Virus record (IMG/VR): IMGVR_UViG_3300027844_001828
Location: 62,001 to 126,000 of that record
DNA length: 64,000 bases
Strand: one strand, 5' to 3'
Part shown: one piece after another, positions 59,954-64,000 of the stretch
Position numbering within the stretch: the first letter of the stretch is position 1
How the letters are laid out: every line of letters starts with the position of its first letter
The notes under the pieces: model-generated
The model's database searches: none
What the model saw: the letters and a program-made list of their open reading frames with translations, nothing else
What the model was told of the DNA's origin: nothing
Position numbers and translations under genes: made by a program

Positions 59954-60092
59954 CGATCTTCGCTGTGATACGTAAGTGGGCCTGCGGGCTCGTGTAAAAT
60001 CGCCAAGATCGAACGCATAGCCAGGCGGTTAACTGGTAGAGCAACCTTGCGGTATAACTCGTCCCCAATTAGGTTAACCGCAAATTTTTTTT
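59954..60092 (+). promoter_or_regulatory. Structured leader with alternative terminator pairings upstream of dUTPase
   Basis: CGATCTT/AAGATCG domain. GCGGTTAACT and TTGCGGTATAACT can each pair with GGTTAACCGCAA, followed by a U-run. Confidence 0.45.
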
Positions 60093-60121
60093 AACTACGA
60101 TAAGAACAAGGAGAATTAACT

Positions 60122-61447
60122 ATGAATGATGCAGAAATTGAAAAGGCGGTTGGGGAAATCGCTATGGGAACTACAATTACCAATGTAAACGATCCGAAAA
60201 ATAAAACGCAAGCAGCACTTCAAGCTATGAATGACCACGTGGCAGGAATTATCCCTGTCAGTATTAAGAGATTAAGTGCCGCTGCCGTAATCCCTCAATA
60301 TGCAAAGCCTGGTGATGCTGGTGTTGATTTAGTCTCCCTTCACGACGCCTCTCTTTCCCCATTTCAATCAACAATGATTGAGACTGGAATTTCAATTGAA
60401 TTACCAGTTGGTTATGAGGCGCAAATAAGATCAAGAAGCGGCCTTGCCAAAAAGGGCATAGTGGTTGTCAACTCTCCGGGGACTATTGATTCTGGGTATC
60501 GAGGGCCTGTAAATGTCTTATTGATCAATCTTTCAAAACCCCCACCGCCAGAATCTGGTAACGATGGATTTTTCAAGATAAAAAAGGGCGACAGGATTGC
60601 TCAAATGGTTATCGCTCCGGTCTCACAGGCTAAATTTGTAGAAGTAGATGAGTTGGGGGATTCAGAACGTGGCGCTGGTGGTTTTGGACACACTGGGATG
60701 ACAGATGTAAGAGTACACATGACTTCAGAAGAAGATAAGAGAGCCATGACTAAGGAATTGCTTGAGAAAAATACTTGCGGTATTGTTGAAGAATTCGAAA
60801 ATGAGATAAAGGAAGAAACAGGTAAGGGTGATATTGATCATCGTGACATTAGAAATAAATTGAATGATGAAAGGGAAGAGAGGCTCAGTACAATTTCCAA
60901 AAGAGGCAGAGAGCGATTAAGTGAAGATGAGCTTGCAGATATTGATGCTTCCGCAGGGAAAAAAGAGCTTTTGCGTAGGAGCATGAACAATAACGATATG
61001 AAAGATGCTCAAAAGTACTTGTATGAGATATTGATTTCTCCAGCAAGAACTAAAGCCACAGAATTTGGCGAAGAGCTTATTGATCATTTGTTTTCTCAGG
61101 ATAGTGCCTCGAAAGAATTGATCAAGAATGAAGTTGAGAAATTGTTAGACGGAAAGGTGACAGATGATATCTTCCTTGTTGGAACCAACTCTATTAAGCC
61201 GACGAAAAGGGGGAAAATCCACAGGACAGTTCTTGAAATGATACTCGACTTGCGGGATGAAACTATAGCAAGTTTTGTTTCAGGGCTTGACAACGCCTTA
61301 AACATGAGTAGAGTAATAGAGAGATATGATGGTTGTGCGACTACAGGCGGAAAAGAGAGGAAGCCGGTCTCGCAGCCGCGCCAGTCGAGATCTCAGACGT
61401 GCTTTCGCGGAGTCAAGGTGGCGAAAGTTATTTCAAGGGAAAAGTAA
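60122..61447 (+). CDS. dut: Trimeric dUTPase with a ~250-aa C-terminal extension
   Basis: AGVDL, IRSRSG, GTIDSGYRG, GDRIAQ, RGAGGFGHTG. Confidence 0.9.
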   Translation: MNDAEIEKAVGEIAMGTTITNVNDPKNKTQAALQAMNDHVAGIIPVSIKRLSAAAVIPQYAKPGDAGVDLVSLHDASLSPFQSTMIETGISIELPVGYEAQIRSRSGLAKKGIVVVNSPGTIDSGYRGPVNVLLINLSKPPPPESGNDGFFKIKKGDRIAQMVIAPVSQAKFVEVDELGDSERGAGGFGHTGMTDVRVHMTSEEDKRAMTKELLEKNTCGIVEEFENEIKEETGKGDIDHRDIRNKLNDEREERLSTISKRGRERLSEDELADIDASAGKKELLRRSMNNNDMKDAQKYLYEILISPARTKATEFGEELIDHLFSQDSASKELIKNEVEKLLDGKVTDDIFLVGTNSIKPTKRGKIHRTVLEMILDLRDETIASFVSGLDNALNMSRVIERYDGCATTGGKERKPVSQPRQSRSQTCFRGVKVAKVISREK

Positions 61448-62109
61448 TGAATAACAGTAGAGAAGACGGTGATCCGATAGCACTCGTGGATCTTGATAGG
61501 ACACTTTGTGATCATGATGATGGTTTACATAATGGAGTTGAGCATGAGTGGAAAGAGGGTCGTCTCATGGGTATGAATGATTTGGCGTCTCAAGACGAGA
61601 AGATGTTCAATCTTTGGGACGACGATGTTCCTTCGTATGTTAAGAATAGAATGAGGATTGTCAGATCGCAGGAAGGGTGGTGGAGAAACCTTAAGAAGAT
61701 CCCGCAGGGATTTGAAGTGTTCGACTTGCTTGTTGAAGCAGGGTTTTCCATTTGCATCACATCAAAAGCCGCATGGACTTCTGAAAATTCTTGGACTGAA
61801 AAGTTTCAATGGTGCAGAAGAAATTTGCAATCCAGTATCGTTGAAAGCGACAGATTCGATATGAACACTACTACTGAGAAGAGTATTGTTTATGGGAAAA
61901 TTCTCTTTGATGATTATGTCGGTTTTGTTGAGCCCTGGCTCGAACAGAGAAGTAGGGGACTTGTGATCATGCCCGCGCTTCCACACAATGATGGATTTGA
62001 ACATCCTAACGTAGTCAAGTATGATGGCACGACTGAAAGCTATGCTATAGTAAAAAACGCCATTCAAACCGCGTATGCACGAGGCCACAAGGAACCGTTG
62101 GTTTTGTAA
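61447..62109 (+). CDS. 5'(3')-deoxyribonucleotidase (NT5C-like HAD)
   Basis: LVDLDRTLCD, WTEKFQWC, ILFDD. TAATG coupling. Confidence 0.8.
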   Translation: MNNSREDGDPIALVDLDRTLCDHDDGLHNGVEHEWKEGRLMGMNDLASQDEKMFNLWDDDVPSYVKNRMRIVRSQEGWWRNLKKIPQGFEVFDLLVEAGFSICITSKAAWTSENSWTEKFQWCRRNLQSSIVESDRFDMNTTTEKSIVYGKILFDDYVGFVEPWLEQRSRGLVIMPALPHNDGFEHPNVVKYDGTTESYAIVKNAIQTAYARGHKEPLVL

Positions 62110-62190
62110 AATTCCATGGATGGACTTGAAATTCGAGTTTGATGTGATATGTTACCCGATAATATCACTTAAATTTTATGGAGTAATGCA

Positions 62191-63000
62191 ATGAAAAACG
62201 ATGCGGATGGAGACCGTATGAAAGGCTATGAAATGGAAGAGGCTGGGCGTAGGCTCATGCCTCTTCTTCCCGTCATGGTCAGGATTGATGGTAAGTGCTT
62301 TTCCAAATTCACTAATGGTCTCAAAAGACCATATGACGTCCGAATGTCTCTCCTTATGGAATATACCATGAGGAACTTGGTTAAGGAATACAATGCGCTT
62401 ATTGGGTATACCCAGTCTGACGAAATCTCACTTATCCTTTATAGTGATAATGTGAAGAGTCAGATCCCATATGATGGTAGAATCCAAAAACTCGTTGGAG
62501 ATATGGCTTCATTCGCCAGTCTTACGTTTAACGAACATCTTGTCGAATACATCCCCGAAAAGACAGACAGCCGCCCCAGGTTTGATTGCAGAGTGTGGAA
62601 TGTTCCTAACATGATGGAAGCAGCGAACACTATTCTTTGGCGCGAACAAGATGCGACCAAGAATAGCAAGTCAATGGCCGCGAGAGCGTATTATTCTCAC
62701 AGGGACCTTGAAAACAAGAGTGGTCCTGAAATGATGGACATGCTTATAAATAAGGGTGTCAATTGGAATGATTATCCGACCTTCTTCAAAAGAGGCGTCT
62801 TTGTTCGTCGCGAGATCTCTTCAACTTTGTTTACTGCTGAAGAAATTGAGGGTCTTCCTGAGAAGCATGAGGCAAGGATGAATCCGCACTTGCATATTGA
62901 GAGGGCGTCTATTGAAACTCTTGACATGCCCCCGTTTTCAAAGGTCATCAATCGTGTTGGTGTTATTTTCAACGGTGAGACTCCAGATGTAGAAGGCTGA
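62191..63000 (+). CDS. Thg1-like protein (tRNA-His guanylyltransferase / 3'-5' polymerase)
   Basis: RMKGYE, RIDGKCFSKFT, YTQSDEISL, FDCRV, WREQDATKNS, FKRG. Confidence 0.93.
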   Translation: MKNDADGDRMKGYEMEEAGRRLMPLLPVMVRIDGKCFSKFTNGLKRPYDVRMSLLMEYTMRNLVKEYNALIGYTQSDEISLILYSDNVKSQIPYDGRIQKLVGDMASFASLTFNEHLVEYIPEKTDSRPRFDCRVWNVPNMMEAANTILWREQDATKNSKSMAARAYYSHRDLENKSGPEMMDMLINKGVNWNDYPTFFKRGVFVRREISSTLFTAEEIEGLPEKHEARMNPHLHIERASIETLDMPPFSKVINRVGVIFNGETPDVEG

Positions 63001-63003
63001 TTA

Positions 63004-63180
63004 ATGAATAAAGAAATTGAAGAAATAATAGACAGCGCGAACATAATAAGATCAAACTCTTTTATAGTCAGAGAGTATCTTGATGATGGTATTTTTATTG
63101 TATGCGCAAAGTGCGAGAAAGAATTCGCCAATGACGACGGATTAAAATGTTGTGATAAGTGTGGTCACATCAACGACTAA
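63004..63180 (+). CDS. Small Zn-ribbon protein (58 aa)
   Basis: CAKC...CDKCGH. Confidence 0.55.
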   Translation: MNKEIEEIIDSANIIRSNSFIVREYLDDGIFIVCAKCEKEFANDDGLKCCDKCGHIND

Positions 63181-63192
63181 CGGGAGATGTAG

Positions 63193-64000
63193 ATGGGAGA
63201 CATAAAGACTTCATTATCTTACAATGATGTATTGATGGTGCCAAGGTATTCAGATATGAGCACGAGTGATGGTGATTTGTGTTATCATTATAAGAATGAC
63301 TTGTCTGGGACACCGTTAATCAATGCGCCTATGGATAGAGTGTGTTCCCCTGAATTGATCCATCATCTTTCAGAAACAAATTGGTTCACCTCAATCCACA
63401 GATTTTTTGATAGTGCGTCAAGTCAGTTTAATTTTTTTATTGATTGTAAGGTTAATAAAGACAAATCCCTTTGCTTCTTATCTGTCGGAAACATTTTTAA
63501 GTGGAAGGATTGGATAAACGAGTTGATTGTAGAGTATAAGTACAAGGCGAGTGTGAAAAGGCAATTTGGATTCTTAGTTGACATGGCGAATGGTGATACA
63601 AACGCTTGTGTTGAGACTGTCAAGTACATAAGGGAGCATTGTCCGTTTGCTATTATCATGGCTGGCAATGTTGCCACCAGAAGTGGTTATCGGCATTTGG
63701 CTGAAGCCGGGGCGAATTTTATTCGTGTTGGGATTGGGGGCGGATCGATCTGTTCAACAAGATTAAACACTGGATTTGGCGTCCCCACTTTTGAATCAGT
63801 AATGCGTTGTGCAGATGTGAAGATACCTGGAGCTTACATTGTTGCTGATGGTGGAATTGAAAACACTGGTGATATAATGAAGGTTATGGCTGCTGGTGCG
63901 GACATGGTGATGATGGGCAAGATGCTCGCTTCGACTGATATGGCACCGGGCGAAAAATATGATGAGAATTTGAATGTTACGACAAATGAGGAAGAATACA
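63193..64000 (+). CDS. IMP dehydrogenase / GMP reductase family, CBS-less, 3'-truncated by the window edge
   Basis: Own translation: LSYNDVLMVPRYS, NAPMD, IHRF, VDMANG, AGNVAT, VGIGGGSICSTR, ADGGI, GADMVMMG. Confidence 0.92.
   Translation, partial: MGDIKTSLSYNDVLMVPRYSDMSTSDGDLCYHYKNDLSGTPLINAPMDRVCSPELIHHLSETNWFTSIHRFFDSASSQFNFFIDCKVNKDKSLCFLSVGNIFKWKDWINELIVEYKYKASVKRQFGFLVDMANGDTNACVETVKYIREHCPFAIIMAGNVATRSGYRHLAEAGANFIRVGIGGGSICSTRLNTGFGVPTFESVMRCADVKIPGAYIVADGGIENTGDIMKVMAAGADMVMMGKMLASTDMAPGEKYDENLNVTTNEEEY

Noticed and set aside
61333-61446. N-terminal extension of the NT5C-like ORF
   Set aside because: TAATG coupling at 61445-61449 indicates a start at 61447.
1-64000. Stop-codon reassignment (alternative genetic code)
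   Set aside because: Core genes are full length under code 11, TAA/TAG/TGA all terminate genes, and no suppressor tRNA was found.

Overview
A 64-kb slice of a large (jumbo-like) dsDNA bacteriophage or related large mobile element. It uses the standard genetic code and is mostly encoded on the + strand. No capsid or large-terminase gene lies in the window, so phage identity is inferred from gene content. From 0 to 25 kb is an intact replication/recombination/transcription module: RecD2, DnaE with an internally duplicated palm segment, SSB, RecA, Toprim-only primase, a SigH-like sigma factor, SpoVS, an SbcD-SbcC fusion, RecJ and DnaJ. From 25 to 48 kb are two giant paralogous acidic repeat proteins, PIN-PhoH, a DEDDh exonuclease, a Ser/Cys-repeat protein, three paralogous fibre-like proteins and a dNMP kinase. 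From 48 to 57.7 kb is a partly eroded tRNA array (Pro, Gln, Pro, Ser, Leu, Glu, Leu, Leu plus remnants) with HNH nucleases and several unassigned structured RNAs. From 57.7 to 64 kb are nucleotide/tRNA metabolism genes: ThyX, dUTPase, NT5C-like, Thg1-like and IMPDH/GMPR. The best candidate for an undescribed system is at the head of the tRNA array: a sigma70 promoter, a 30-aa leader peptide, antiterminator/terminator hairpins and an rrn-type boxA. A 16-codon run of the leader uses only Ser/Leu/Gln/Pro/Glu and contains the exact cognate codon for 7 of the 8 full-length tRNAs, which suggests a ribosome-stalling attenuator that switches on phage tRNA supply. Also notable are a conserved AGG-N19-GAA (SigH-type) promoter regulon matching the encoded sigma factor, acceptor-stem-mismatched tRNAs co-encoded with a Thg1-like 3'-5' polymerase, and many deletion/slippage scars.
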